From Anthoceros angustus (lineage: Eukaryota; Plantae; Anthocerotophyta), in NCBI GenBank assembly GCA_010909165.1, contig MU008183.1, positions 248,001-312,000 of the forward strand: a DNA stretch of 64,000 nucleotides, in the 5' to 3' direction. Positions 11,901 to 24,100 of this stretch are shown here, in pieces (position 1 is the stretch's first letter; each line of letters begins with the position of its first letter). Under the pieces are notes generated by a model that was not told the DNA's origin, did not search any database, and was given only the letters and a program-made list of their open reading frames with translations. A program made the position numbers and the translations under genes.

Positions 11901-12749
11901 CCTCTGAGACCTTATAGATATTTCCTTTTTTTTAGCAAATTACGAGACCTTGTAGATATTTCAAAGTATACATAGATGTCCTGCACTTGGAATTTTAAAT
12001 CGCAGAAATCCAGTAGAACAGTAACAAATGAAAGTTTCAAAATAATTTTTAACCACTCAAATTATATAGGCTAGTAGGCCTTCTTTTTTTTTGAGCAAAT
12101 TCGGAGACTTTATTTATATTTCAAAGTATACATCGAAGTCTCGCACTGGAAACTTTGAATAGGAATAACCCCGTAGGACACTAACAACTAGCGGCTTGAA
12201 CTCGAGTAACCTCGAAGGGCACTAACAATTGGCAACCCTGCACGCAACAAAGACGAAGGCTTCTAGGATGGTTATAATTGACAACTCTGTAGAGCCATGA
12301 AGCTGGGGATGGGTGGCACCCCATCCAAGCATTGATTCGTCCGAAGGACGCTTAACCAGGGAGGTCCAATGACATCGAAGAGTGACATCTAGATATGGAT
12401 TCTCGTGGGCCCTTTGACTACAACCGGTTTAAGTTTGACTTGCATGCGAAAGCGTCTTGAGCAAGGATGCTTTATTAACAATAATGAATCAAGTGTGTTC
12501 AAAGGTGGGCCTTTATAGGTGGTCTCCGAAGGGGTGTGTCCTTTCACTAGCCTAGTTAACTAACAAAGTGCTAGGTCTAGCTGACAAACCAACGTGGTAC
12601 AGAACCAACTTTGTTTAGTATTATTTCTAACTCTCCCTCTCATGTACGTTGCCGTTCTGAGACCTCCAAACTAAGAAAAGGAGATCAATATAAGAAGTAA
12701 GCTGCCACTGAAAGGCTACCATCTTCGGCTCGGGTGTCACATCTTCCAG

Positions 12750-13349
12750 TAGCACTTTCTGATGCTAGCATAGCTCGGGCTATAGCCATGAGATTAGCAT
12801 GGGCCTTAGAAGGCCAATGGCATAGGATTCCGCTTTATCATTCTGAGCAAAAGTGTAGGGAACCATAAATTGTCTCAGGATTCCACACTCCTCACAGTAG
12901 TCTTTGAACTGATGGTTGTTGAGTTCTCCTGCATTGTCCAATCTGATGCATGGCAGCTTGCAACCAAGTTTGCAACTCGGTTATAGAAACAAAGGATGAG
13001 AACACAGCAAAGAAGTCACTCTCGAGACGAAGCGGGTACGCAAAGGAGTAGCAGAAATAATCATCCATTATGATCATAGAATGACGTGCTCCTGGAAAGA
13101 ACACTTCCATCTTGCATGTCTCATGCCAGAGAACACGGTATAGTACAGTATGTAGAAGCGGCTGGGCACAGAGATCTTCGGGCTCTAATACCATGTTCAT
13201 AATCCGCGATCAAGGATACACTCGCATGATCGTAATGCAATGATATGGAAAAGACTTGTTTTCTAACACTCCCACTCATTAATTATATCTAATGAGGGTA
13301 GACTAGGTATAGGGTAATGTCCAAATAAGTGAAGACTTGTTTTCTAACA
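12750..13349 (-). mobile_element. Ty1/copia relic: PPT + short LTR + tRNA-iMet PBS + integrase core fragment
   Basis: PPT TGAGTGGGAG (13269-13278), LTR TGTTAG...AACA (13194-13268), PBS TGGTATTAGAGC (13182-13193). Integrase-like IIMDDY...YPLR and CIRLDNAGELNNHQFKDYCEECGILRQFMVPY...QND.AE in frameshifted frames. Confidence 0.75.
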
Positions 13350-13460
13350 AAAGAGGAAGAAGAATTTTATTTAAGTCCACTAAGGACGGATTTCCGTCAT
13401 GGGACTTGGTACTTAACAACTTGTACCATGGTGTGCCTAAGCCACTTGCACCAAGGGCAT

Positions 13461-16290
13461 TGTGGCGCGACTTTCACGACTCACACGCGCCTATTAACCC
13501 GTGTCGTTGTAGTAAGGGGTCCGTTCCCAAAGGGAATGATAGGCTCCGTTGCCGCGTTTCAATCGTTTCTCACCTCATGAAAATCTTGGCTTTAGACCCA
13601 ACACACACACATTCATCGTTTCTGACTAACTACTCCTAACCCAACGGACAGTCGTGCAAACGTTTAAGGACCCGTTCGCGTCCGTATCATTCAAGTTTGT
13701 CACTCGTTCCTCTAGTCCGTTCCTCTCACCATTCACACTACACTCATCAACCTTGGAGAAAATCGTGGGTGGCTGCGCGGTCCGGACCTCCTCCGTCGCT
13801 TCTCCGCCAGTTCTCCGTCCGGGCTCTGCATCTGCCGAGTTCCTCCGGCTTACAGTTCCAGGCCTCATTCTGACACCGGGCCGCCCGACGGCAAGGGTCC
13901 TTGATCGTTCTTCCCTGCACACACCACCACACGTTGGGTCCGTCACGGGACCTTGATGCCTGGGCCGCTGGGCCGCTGTCGATGACTCAAGACTCACGCT
14001 AGCAAGAAGGCGCACAAGGGCCTGCAAGAAAACGCGGCATCAACACCATGGCGGTGGGGCTGGGATTGCCCCTGGTTCCGCCTCGGCGCTGGTGGCCCAA
14101 GCCCTAGCCCCGACAATTGCGGCGCCCCCAATCGGATGATCCAGCGGTGGCCCCTACCTCTCCGAGACTCTATCGGGTTGCGCTTCTACGGTGGCTCGAC
14201 AACGCTGTCACCACTAAATCCTCCTCCCATCCTCTCTTATCTCACTGGCAAGCCCCTTATGCAATGGCCCTCAAGAGATAGTTCCGCTGTGGCTGGTGAT
14301 TGGTGGCTCCTTCCGCTGGGCTCGAGTCCGGACCTCGAGTCCGGACCTCGAGTCCGGACCTCAGGGTCCGGTCTTCTTTCGGAGTCCGGACCTCGAGTCC
14401 GGACCTCGAGTCGGACTTGCCTCTAGGGTCCTGGGCCTCGGGCCGCCTTCCCCACAGTCCGGACCTCGGGGTCCGGTCTTGTCACTAAGTCCGGACCTCG
14501 AGTCGGACTTTCTTGAGGCGGACCTCGGGGTCCGGTCTTCTTTCCGGAGTCCGGACAAAGTCCCACTGCGAGCACTGGCTCCCCGGACTTATCAATGGCT
14601 CACCCACCGAGCCCTCCCGCGGCCTGTGTTTCTGGATCGCCCTTCTATGGCCCCCAGGGGCCCTCCCTCCTTCCGTGGTGAGGTGCGGAGTGCTTACTCC
14701 TGTGCCAGCTGCCGTCCAAGCCTCCTCAAATTTGCTCCCTCATACCTGGTCACAGTCAAACAGGCCCTAAGGTCCCCGTGGCCGTGCTGTCTCCGGGGCC
14801 TTCCTCCCTCGCTCCTCCTTCTAACCCGTCTAGAAGTCCGTCCACCTGCCGGGGGTGGCGCAACACCTCCAGTGCCTTGAGAAGCTCCGCGTGGTAGTAG
14901 GCAAAGTCACGAGATCGACTTGTTGAATTGCCTCCTCCACATGGACCCGGGCACCCTTGCATCCCTCCTCCGGAGGTGCTCGGCGTTGGGCGTGTTGTCC
15001 GGCTTGGATCGTCTCGCCGCCAGGCTCGCCAACCTCGCCCGGCATTCCCTGATGCCGCCAAGGCGGCCTCAAACACCTCCTGCAGCCTTTGATGCTGCTC
15101 GGCGGCCTCCTCCCGCCCGTTGAAGCTCCACTAGTTTGTCGCTGAGCCGCTCCCCTTGCCTCCTGCATTGGACAAGCACCTCTGCTCCTCCTCCAGCTCT
15201 CGTCCCTCCGTTCATCCTACCCGAGGTCCGCCACTTCCTTCTCAGGCGGGCGGTATCTCCGCCTCCCTCGCTTCCTCCGGCTCCTTCTTGACTGGCGGCC
15301 ACGCTCCTTGGATCGCCGCCTATTCTCTTCCGTCTTCATGTCGAGACGCTTCATCTCCGTCAAGTCTTGGATTCTCCGTGTTGCTCCGGCCAGCGTCTTG
15401 GAATTCTGCGCCTGTGGTGTCCTCTTTGCCGCCCAGCCTCCCCGCCGCCTCCTCCTCCGCCTCCCGCACTGCACCCCCGAGATCCCCTATTTCCCGGTGC
15501 TGGCCTCCATTTCTTCTTCATGGCGCCTTTGCTCTGCCACTGTTGGGCCTTGAGTTAGGCAGCTACCCGCGTCTCCCTCCACCCCTGCCCGATCACTGTA
15601 GTGATCCTGGCCGACCTTTAGCTGCTTCCGCCTCCTCCCGCCGCCTTCACCGAGCCTCTCGGCTTGGTGTTGGTCTAGCCGAGCCGCCTCGGCCGGTCGC
15701 GGGCGTTCTCCCGCCCTCGACCCTCCTCCGCCTCCCACGCCTCCTCCTCCCGTTTGCGAGGTCTTCAGCGTGCTTGGGCCTCTGACGCCTTCAGCCGCTC
15801 ACACAAGGGTCTTAATCCGGTCTTTGAGCCATTTGGACCTCCGCTCTGCCTGGGACGCTTCCTCCTCGATTCGGTGAGGGACTCCGCCTTCTTCTTCGCC
15901 TCCCGCCTCTACCTGAAGTTCCACCATCCTCCGGGGTGGCCTCCACTTCTTGGGTCTTCTCACGTTCATAAAGGCCCCAAAGCATACCGTCCATACTCGG
16001 TGGCTAAACTTCGCAGCTTTCTTCCACGGCCGCGTTGGGAGATGCCGACAAATCCTCGCTTTCAAAGGGGTTTCTCCCACAAAGGGGTTTTGGAAAAATC
16101 CCAACCCTATTCCAAAACCGAAGTTGGGCTGGTTTTGTTAAGTTTTGTAGGTGTTGATCCATCGGATTCGGGCATTCTCGGCTCCGGGACCACTTCCTGT
16201 CCGGTCATTTCCACCCCGATGGCGCCTTGCACTCGTGTGCATGGATACTTTGTCGGTGTGATGAAGGGGCTGTGACCGAATTCTTCCATA
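13461..16290 (-). mobile_element. Relic of a related Athila-like LTR element with a degenerate accessory (non-pol) coiled-coil ORF
   Basis: Starts with the same LTR terminus TGTGGCGCGACTTTC...GTCGTTGTAGTAAG. Minus-strand broken ORFs at 14756-16289 contain a charged coiled-coil and AAKFSHRVWTVCFGAF. The right boundary is not defined. Confidence 0.5.
14321..14556. repeat. 13-bp minisatellite (CTCGAGTCCGGAC)n, degenerate
   Basis: Directly visible tandem units. Confidence 0.9.
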
Positions 16291-16849
16291 ATTTCGGCAT
16301 GTCAGTAGTTTCTTCAATTTGTGTGGTTCTATATGTTTTGTATACCAAGTGGGGGCTAGGCGCGCATAAGTGCGCGCCTTAACAAGGGTATGCACAAACT
16401 TGTGCGCGCACAAGGCAAAACTAGTGCGAAATATATCATTCGACTGAGGAAATATGTCTTCTTGGAGGTCTGTGGATGTGGCGGAAGCCCAGACGACATA
16501 AGGAGTTGCACAAATCGGCGGACGTCCACATAGACAAGTCTCATCTATCTACCCTATGCCCTAAAGGTACAAAGAATACCCTATCACCTTTCTATCCTCT
16601 ACGGTGTTTAGTCTCCTTGACGGTGACCTTGTGCCGGATCATCATCAAACATGCCTTCAAAAGTTCCAGTCATTCCGGCCTGGTTCCGCTGCGGGGTTCT
16701 TGTCGATTGGCCGAATCGAAGTCGGATGTCTCATCACCAGCTTGGCGAACTACCACCACACCGGATTTTCGTCCAAATCATCATTTTCCTCCAATGCATC
16801 TCCCTCTGGAACTTGGTGGTCTCATGTTATCTTCAACCTCATACCTTCT

Positions 16850-19800
16850 TCCACGGTGGTAGATGTTGAAGTTCGAATAGCTTTGTCTTGATAAGCTCAC
16901 GTATGCGGACTTGTAGAGTGCTATCCCTTGCAAAGCGAGAACCCGTATGCCAAAATAAATGTCTCCGATATCAACAATCGATCCGTGTGCTTGCTTCCTC
17001 CGTTGTCGCAACCCTCTCTATCATCGCTGTGTGGAGCCAATATCTCCTCGGTAGGTACCTTCCCTCAAACGCATTGCTATTCTCTGTCACCCACCACCGG
17101 ACAACTAGGTAAGGTTCGTCACATAAGAAATCCAAGTCTTCCACTGCAATCCGAAGGCCTGCTCGATCGTCTCACATGGGACGCAATCATATGGCCTCGT
17201 CGATCTCGGACACATCCATCGAATCTCGCCAACTCGATGGCGCGCTCCCGTGGCCTAAAATTCCGACATACATGTGACGTTGCTGTGGTTCGCGAATCGG
17301 AGAATGACAAAGACATCCGAACGTGATGGGATTTAAGTTCCTCGGCCTCGTCCCTGTTGTACCACTCCCATGCTTTTGAAGATCTCGATGGACTCCTCCT
17401 CGATTTTGTCGCAAATATCGTGATGCCGAACAGTTCCACCATACTTTGTCTTCCAGATAGATATTTTTGCATCGGTTCTTCGAGGCTTTCCTAATGGCTG
17501 CAATGATTTATGCGGGTCGGCCCGCGGTTTGCATGCAGCTTGAAGTGGACATAAAGGCGCCCCTTATATCTGCTTTCGTATTCTAAGGAACTCCAACCTC
17601 CAACGGTTCCCATGTGAACAAGTAGAAAGTGCCTTGCCACGAAGAATCAAAGGGCTCCGCCACTTTTCTTCCCTTGAAATTTTGAATTGATGATAACTAT
17701 GATTGTGCAAATTCCTTCACGTGCATCTCGTGTTCCTCTTTTACCCATCCCATTGGGCCAGACGAAGCTCCTGAAATCGGCCACCTCGGAAACCATTTTC
17801 ACTTCTGAATTGGGTGTATAAGCCTGATGAAGCAAACTCATAAGGGTGTCGAGTGACATTGTTTTTTTGTGCCTGAGGCTTTTAGAAAAGCACGAAAACA
17901 TTTGGTCAACTGCATCATGTGTGTGCCCGACAAGAAGGAAGCCCACCTTCACCTTATCAAGACCCGCTTCGACAAGCATACTCAAGTATGCAAACAACAA
18001 CATATTCTTGTTTTCTCCGCCGTGTTGTCCAGTTGCAAGTAAAACGTCTTGCGTAACCATCTCATATGTGAGAATAACATCCCGGATGATATGAATAGTT
18101 GTTACGCTGCTTCAATATTCGGAAGTTCACATACACCGGTCTTCATAATGTTGTTGTATACCAAACAACCCACAACATGGACCCGGATGAGACCATCCGC
18201 AAAATCCTTTGAGGGGCAGAAAATGTGAGCTCCGTCTTGCTTTGGTCCATCCCGTATCGCCATACCAATGTATTTGCTCGGCTGGCCTTTACACTTCAAA
18301 CGATGTTTTGCAAGTTTTAGTCGCTCGCTGATCGCCGACCGATGTTCACGAAGATGCCGCTCATGGACCTACAAGATAAAATGGATCATGGTTTAACGTT
18401 CCTTGGTCCGCGACGCCGATGGACTGACGGCCGCCGATGCGCGCTGCGCGCACCTATGGACGACCGGCGCAGCAGCGTGACGACGCTGCGGCGCGCACAA
18501 GTGCGCGCGCCACGCGCGTAAGAGCCCACTCGGCGGCGCTGCGGCGCGCGCACCCGCCGGGATCGCGCACAAATGCGCGCATGGGGAGCGCGCATAAACG
18601 CGCGCACCCCATTTCCATCCGCCCGCTACCTGCTTGTGAATGCGCAGCCAGCGCCGCACTGTGTTCGCCGCTCGCAAGTGCGCGCACCGCAGTGGGAACA
18701 AGCACGAGACAAGAGGCGCTGAGTGCTCATGATTCCATGGAAGTCAAAAGGAAACTCGGATATGAAATACCTTGTTCTTGTCGGTTCGCTGGTCATCTCG
18801 ATGGTCGCTTCAACGCTTCGCATTGGACGATTTTGAAAACGACTACACTTTGGTATCTTCACTTTTGGAAAATGTTTCTTCCATAAGGCGTATGAGAATG
18901 AGAGACGTTGGTCAACCCAAACTCTTGAAACCTCCGTTTGTAGTCCCGGAATATCTCTCCTTTGGTATATGAATCGCAAGTTAAACGAAACATTGGGCAT
19001 GCTCACCGTTAGCTTGAAAAACTTTTCCATCCAAGCAATGCATTCCGAACATGATCTGGGCCACGCCTTGGAACTTCCCTGATGACCATGGTGTGTTCGT
19101 TAGTACTCGTTTCAAATGTTCATACCTCCGCCATCCAATGCGTAACACTTTTCCGAAACTTCACAACATTGCAACTGTGTCTCCAGAGAAAATTGAGAAC
19201 ATTACAAGATAGGTTGCTTGTTCTACCTCGAGCAATCCTTGCAAATATATTTCCGCTTTTCGAGGCAATCCTGTGAAGCGATATCTCGAGGCTCTCTATA
19301 TTCTTCTTTCCCAATTGCAAGAAACAACTGCGCTACAAAGAATGCGAAGACCATGTTGTGTATTTCTTCAACGCCGCATACCATGGTCCTCTTCAATCTC
19401 CGGCTTGGATAATGTCTACGCTTCACCGGACAATGTGGACTCGAGGATTCTCGTGAAAGGCTCGGCCGGATGCCACGCTGGGTGTTCGTGCCCGCATCCT
19501 CCTTCCCCGCAAAATTCGGTCCCATCATTCCCGACCTCCTCCATGGAGCGATGAAGAAACAATTTCGCCGCATTCCATCTTGACCTCGTTCCTAATGTCC
19601 GGATTTGGCGTGGTATCCGAATGCTTGGCCTACCTCCTCTCCCTTCTTCAACCGGAGTTGTATCGGCGAGACCTTCCGATGCCTTCCATGCTCGGAGTGG
19701 TGTCCATGATTGTCACCTTCTCAATCTTCCGCGACGACGCAGAATCACGGCGCGCTACCAAAACATCAATCGTGAAACATTTTCGAGACCCAGTGCCACT

Positions 19801-19980
19801 GCCGCTATGGCCTTCCATTCGCCCGCCCGACTCCGACCGCAGTAGGATGGAGAAGCTCGATTTCACCGCCTTCAAACTTGGATGGTCCGCAACTATGAGA
19901 CGAAGAAGTGCTGCGCATATGGAGTTTGTCCATCCGTGTTTGAACGTTAAAATATGCATACATGATTATGGGGTTTAACT
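16850..19980 (-). pseudogene. Sola-like DD(D/E) transposase, frameshifted, with a GC-rich intron at 18369-18770
   Basis: Motifs in order: WMEKFFK, LWKKHFPKVKIPKCSRF, GMDQSKT (~18233-18253), VHVVGCLVY, LQLDNT/GENKN, LLFAYLSMLVE, GFLLVGHTHDAVDQMFS (17647-18060). GT..AG intron: ACAAG|GTATTT at 18770 and TTGTAG|GTCCAT at 18369. The superfamily label comes from motif memory, not a search. Confidence 0.8.
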
Positions 19981-21106
19981 TATAGTAGCCGCCAATGTTA
20001 ATTACCAAACGCTCGCTTGAAATAAGGGCTATAACGGAAACCTAACCTAACCTTCAACCGCGAGTTAACCCACGGTTAGGCAAGTTTGAGATTCCTTCCG
20101 CCTAAGTAACATGGGCAAGAGCGCGCGCGGTGTGCGACTTGCATCCGCTGTGAGCGCAGCGCTGCGTCACTTGCTTGAGCGATTGCGCGCTGCAGGCATC
20201 CGCGTTGTATCGAATCGTGGGCGCGACGGAGAGTGGCGCGCTGCTGGTGGGCGACCGGCGTGCTGCGCAGCATCTCCCATGTGCATCTGCGATTTGAGGG
20301 TCTCTCGGTGACAAGGAATCCGCGTGTTGGGCATGAGTTGTGTGCTTTGAATCGGTGGCTGGTTGAGCGCAAGCGACATAGGGAAGACCGCGAGCGTTGC
20401 TGGTGTCCGACTTGCTTGAGCGATTGCGGCGACACAAGGCATCCGCGGTTTTGCACGAGAATCGTGGATGCGCACATGTGAGAAAGGCGCGCTGGTGGGC
20501 GACTGTGTGCTCTGGGCATCTCCATGTGCATCTGCGACTTGAGGGTCTCTCGCACAAGGAACTGCACAGTGCGGCGCATCCTTGATTGGAGGTATCCGCA
20601 CAAGGGCTCGCTTTGAACAGCAGCCTGACTTTGAATCGGCGGTTGAGGGCGCCCAAGTGACATAGGCCGAGACCTCTCGGGTTGGCAACCTCATGGCGCT
20701 TGAGGCGTCGGACGCAAGGCAACGAGTGAACAAAACCGGTCAGGTGAAGTCTTCGCCACTGTGTGTGTGCCCAAAATCGTGTGGGTGACAAAAGGCCTCT
20801 GTCCGCTTCCGGCGGTGCTGGTTGGTGCACAGCTGGCTGTTATGCACCCTTGGTGCTTGTGAAAGGCACCGTTTGGGTCAGACCTTGGTGCTTGGTGGAA
20901 GGCACCAGTGTTTGCTTGTGGCATGCACGCTTGGTTGTCCGAGGTCGCTTGTGGTGAAAGGAGCTGTGAAGAAGAGGCTTGTGAAGAGCCTTGTAAAGGG
21001 AGCCCAAATAGCGGTGTTTCGGATCTATAATTTGGCTTGTTTCATGAAATGAAGACAACTTCAACATTCCATTCTTTCCGCATGGTTTGCCTCCGCTTTT
21101 CCTCTA

Positions 21107-24100
21107 ATGACGTGTGCATCTGCGGTTGATGACATGTCCATCCCATGGCGCAAGTGCAAAAAAGCCAACTTTGTAGAGCCTCAACCTCAACCTCCAAAAC
21201 GCAAAAGGAGAAGCCAATGTCGAAGGACGAGCTTGGAAACGGAAGAGTGCAGCAGAGGAGGTTCGGGTGGTGGTCATGAACCACCAACATCCGACCATCA
21301 CCGTCAGAAGTCGACTCTCCTCCCACAAGGAGCATCCGATAGGAAGAGTGGGCCTTCACAAGGGACATCACGAGGCCCAAGCCAAGCAAGGAGCATCAGC
21401 TCCTGGATGACAGGGCATCAAAATTTTTCGATGATATCGGATTGTGCCAGGACCACATTGGAGAATCCTTTCTCTGTGAGAAAAATGTGTTGACTGAGAT
21501 TTGCAGATCTATCGTATCGTACTCGGACAAGGAATGGTGCATACATGAAGAAGGAACCGACACACAGTGAGAATTTTGATCCCATCCCAGCCGGGTGAAC
21601 GGGTATATGGATGCGTTGAGGACACGAAGATTGTGGTTGGGTACATTCTATGGGCTTGGAAGTATGAAGTCCGCCGCAATGCGTAATCAAACTCTTGATA
21701 TGCACAATGAGGAGAAGTTCTTTTGAGGAATTCTAATCACACCGCTGGTATTGAGTGCGGACAACCGATTCCAAGGCGATGCAATACCCAAGACCGCGGT
21801 GGACTTGACGCCGCCATGACAAGTGACAAGGTATGTAGACGAAGAGAATCGACACCCACTGCGTGATTGCACCATCACCGCAGTGGCCGGGGAGATGCAT
21901 CGAGCGCCGCCGCAGGCTGAGAACTCGGGCGCGCCCCAGCGCGCTCCGCTTGCTTGTGCTCGATGCGAGCGCGCACACGCGCCGCGGGCGCACGGGCATG
22001 CCGGTGCGCGCACAGCGCCGTGATGGCGCGCGCACTTGCGCGCATGAGGAGGCGCGCTAGCGCGTGCATGAGACCCGTGGCGCGCATTTGGGGCGCATGC
22101 GACCCTGGCCCTCCGCAAGTCCGCGATGCCGGCCTCCACAGTGCGGCGCCGCATGTGCGCGAGCGTGGAGGGTGATTTGCGCGACTGCCTCATGCGCATT
22201 CGCGAAGCCAGTGCGCGCACTGGCACTGGGTGCAAGTGCGCGCACAGACCCGCTTATGCGCATTCGTGATGCGGACCCGTCCGTCGGAAGTGGACGAGGA
22301 CCGGTGCCCGCCTTTGTGTACCGAAAAGGATGTTTCGGTTGATGCATCCGGTTAATGGAGGCGTGGTTGTCTTTGTGATGCGTATATTCGGGACTATCGG
22401 CGCTTTGTCCAAAAGAAATAGTTCGGGTTGATGATGATGAAGATGGCGAACAAGCTTGTGAAAGCGATCCTCTCCGAGATAGCGATGGAGAGGCTAGGAA
22501 AAGCGTCGAACCAACTAAAAGCACCGCTATCACCGCCAATATGGGAAATTCGATGACGATTCAATGGAACAGAAATGAGAGGTACTTGCGCAGTAGATAT
22601 TCGGATGGATAGTGCGAATATGAAGAGCATGAAACCGCAAATGAAGATGTTGAGGACGAGATGCATCGGACAACCGGCGAGTTGAAGCACACGACAACAA
22701 GAGAGGATATACATAGCGAGGGTGGCTCAAAACGTCGTCAAATGTCAAGAATCGCCATGCATTGGATGCCCAGCTTCTACAAAGTTTGGACAAGAGGGTC
22801 AAAGAATCGTGAAGGAGCGAGCGTGTACAACCAACCTCAAGGAGGTAGACGCGGACCCAGTTCAGCAAGGACGAAAGGTAAACCAAAAGCGAAAGAGGAA
22901 GAGTAATGACATTGACGAGACACTGCGACGGGTCATATCACCAAAGTCAGGCCGGACAACGACAGAGTGGAGCGACAAAGATAAGGACCCGTACATCAAA
23001 TTCGAGTCGGTACAGAAGAGGTGCATTCCGACAGAGATATGGTTGCCATCACCAAGCCGAGAAGCGCAGACTACATTACTCGTGACGCCGATCCAAGAGT
23101 GGATGAATCATGGGGAAAACATCTTCTCGGAAATTAAAAGGGACCTGCAAGAGGGAGTACTTCTCCGCTATGTATGATCGATCCAAGGAGTGCGCAAGCG
23201 AGAGGTCTTTGACAAAGACAAGTTGAAAAGGCAGCAGACACCATGGGAGTATTGGTGGGAACCACGCTTCTATGCTCCAACGCCTGCAGAAGACCCGGAG
23301 AACTCACACTTCCAGATATGGAAGCTCATATATATGCAGCTTAACCTGTGTAGATGCGTGTCCGCCGCGATCACAATGTCAAGGATTTCCTAAGAGGATG
23401 TCTTTCATTGAGCAAGTCCGGTATATTCACGATGAAATGAAAATCGCAGCTGAAGAGGGTATTAGCATTACAATGGATTGGAAGTACAATCTATATCGGA
23501 TGCTAGGCGTCATCGGCGACGCTTCAGATCGGGAAGAAATGCAGCGACTTGTCGACCAGAAGACCGCCGTTCTGTGCATTGCTAGTGTCCCGCCTCATGT
23601 GTGGACACGGGTGGACGAGGTTTTCGATCTTTGGGAGAGGGGTGAGCTTCCCGAGCAAGGTAACCGGAAGAAAGGCAGCAAGAGGGGGAAATCAAAACGT
23701 GGGGGCCCGCATACAGAGCCGATTGCGGATCCAAATTTGATGATAAAGCCAATGCATGCGACCAATTGGAGAGTTTTCTGGCATGCCTGTGAAGCGGTGA
23801 AAGGATTATGCCGTCACCGGAGAAAGTGATTCAAGGCGAGTTGACCGTGAGCGGCATGAAAACGTGGATAACGAAGGCCAAGAAGTTGAATGTCATCCGC
23901 ATGATTTTGCTCGACGAGGTGCAATTCATTTGCGTGTTGAGCGAGAATATCCGAGGCACTCAACACCGTAAGATATAGCGAAATTTCAACCGGTGTTTGA
24001 TCACATTGTAAGTACACGCATGTGCTTCGAGTTAGCAAGGCGCGCAAAACTAGTTTGCGACTCGCCTTCATGTTCGACCTATGAACGCTCCATCCTGCGT

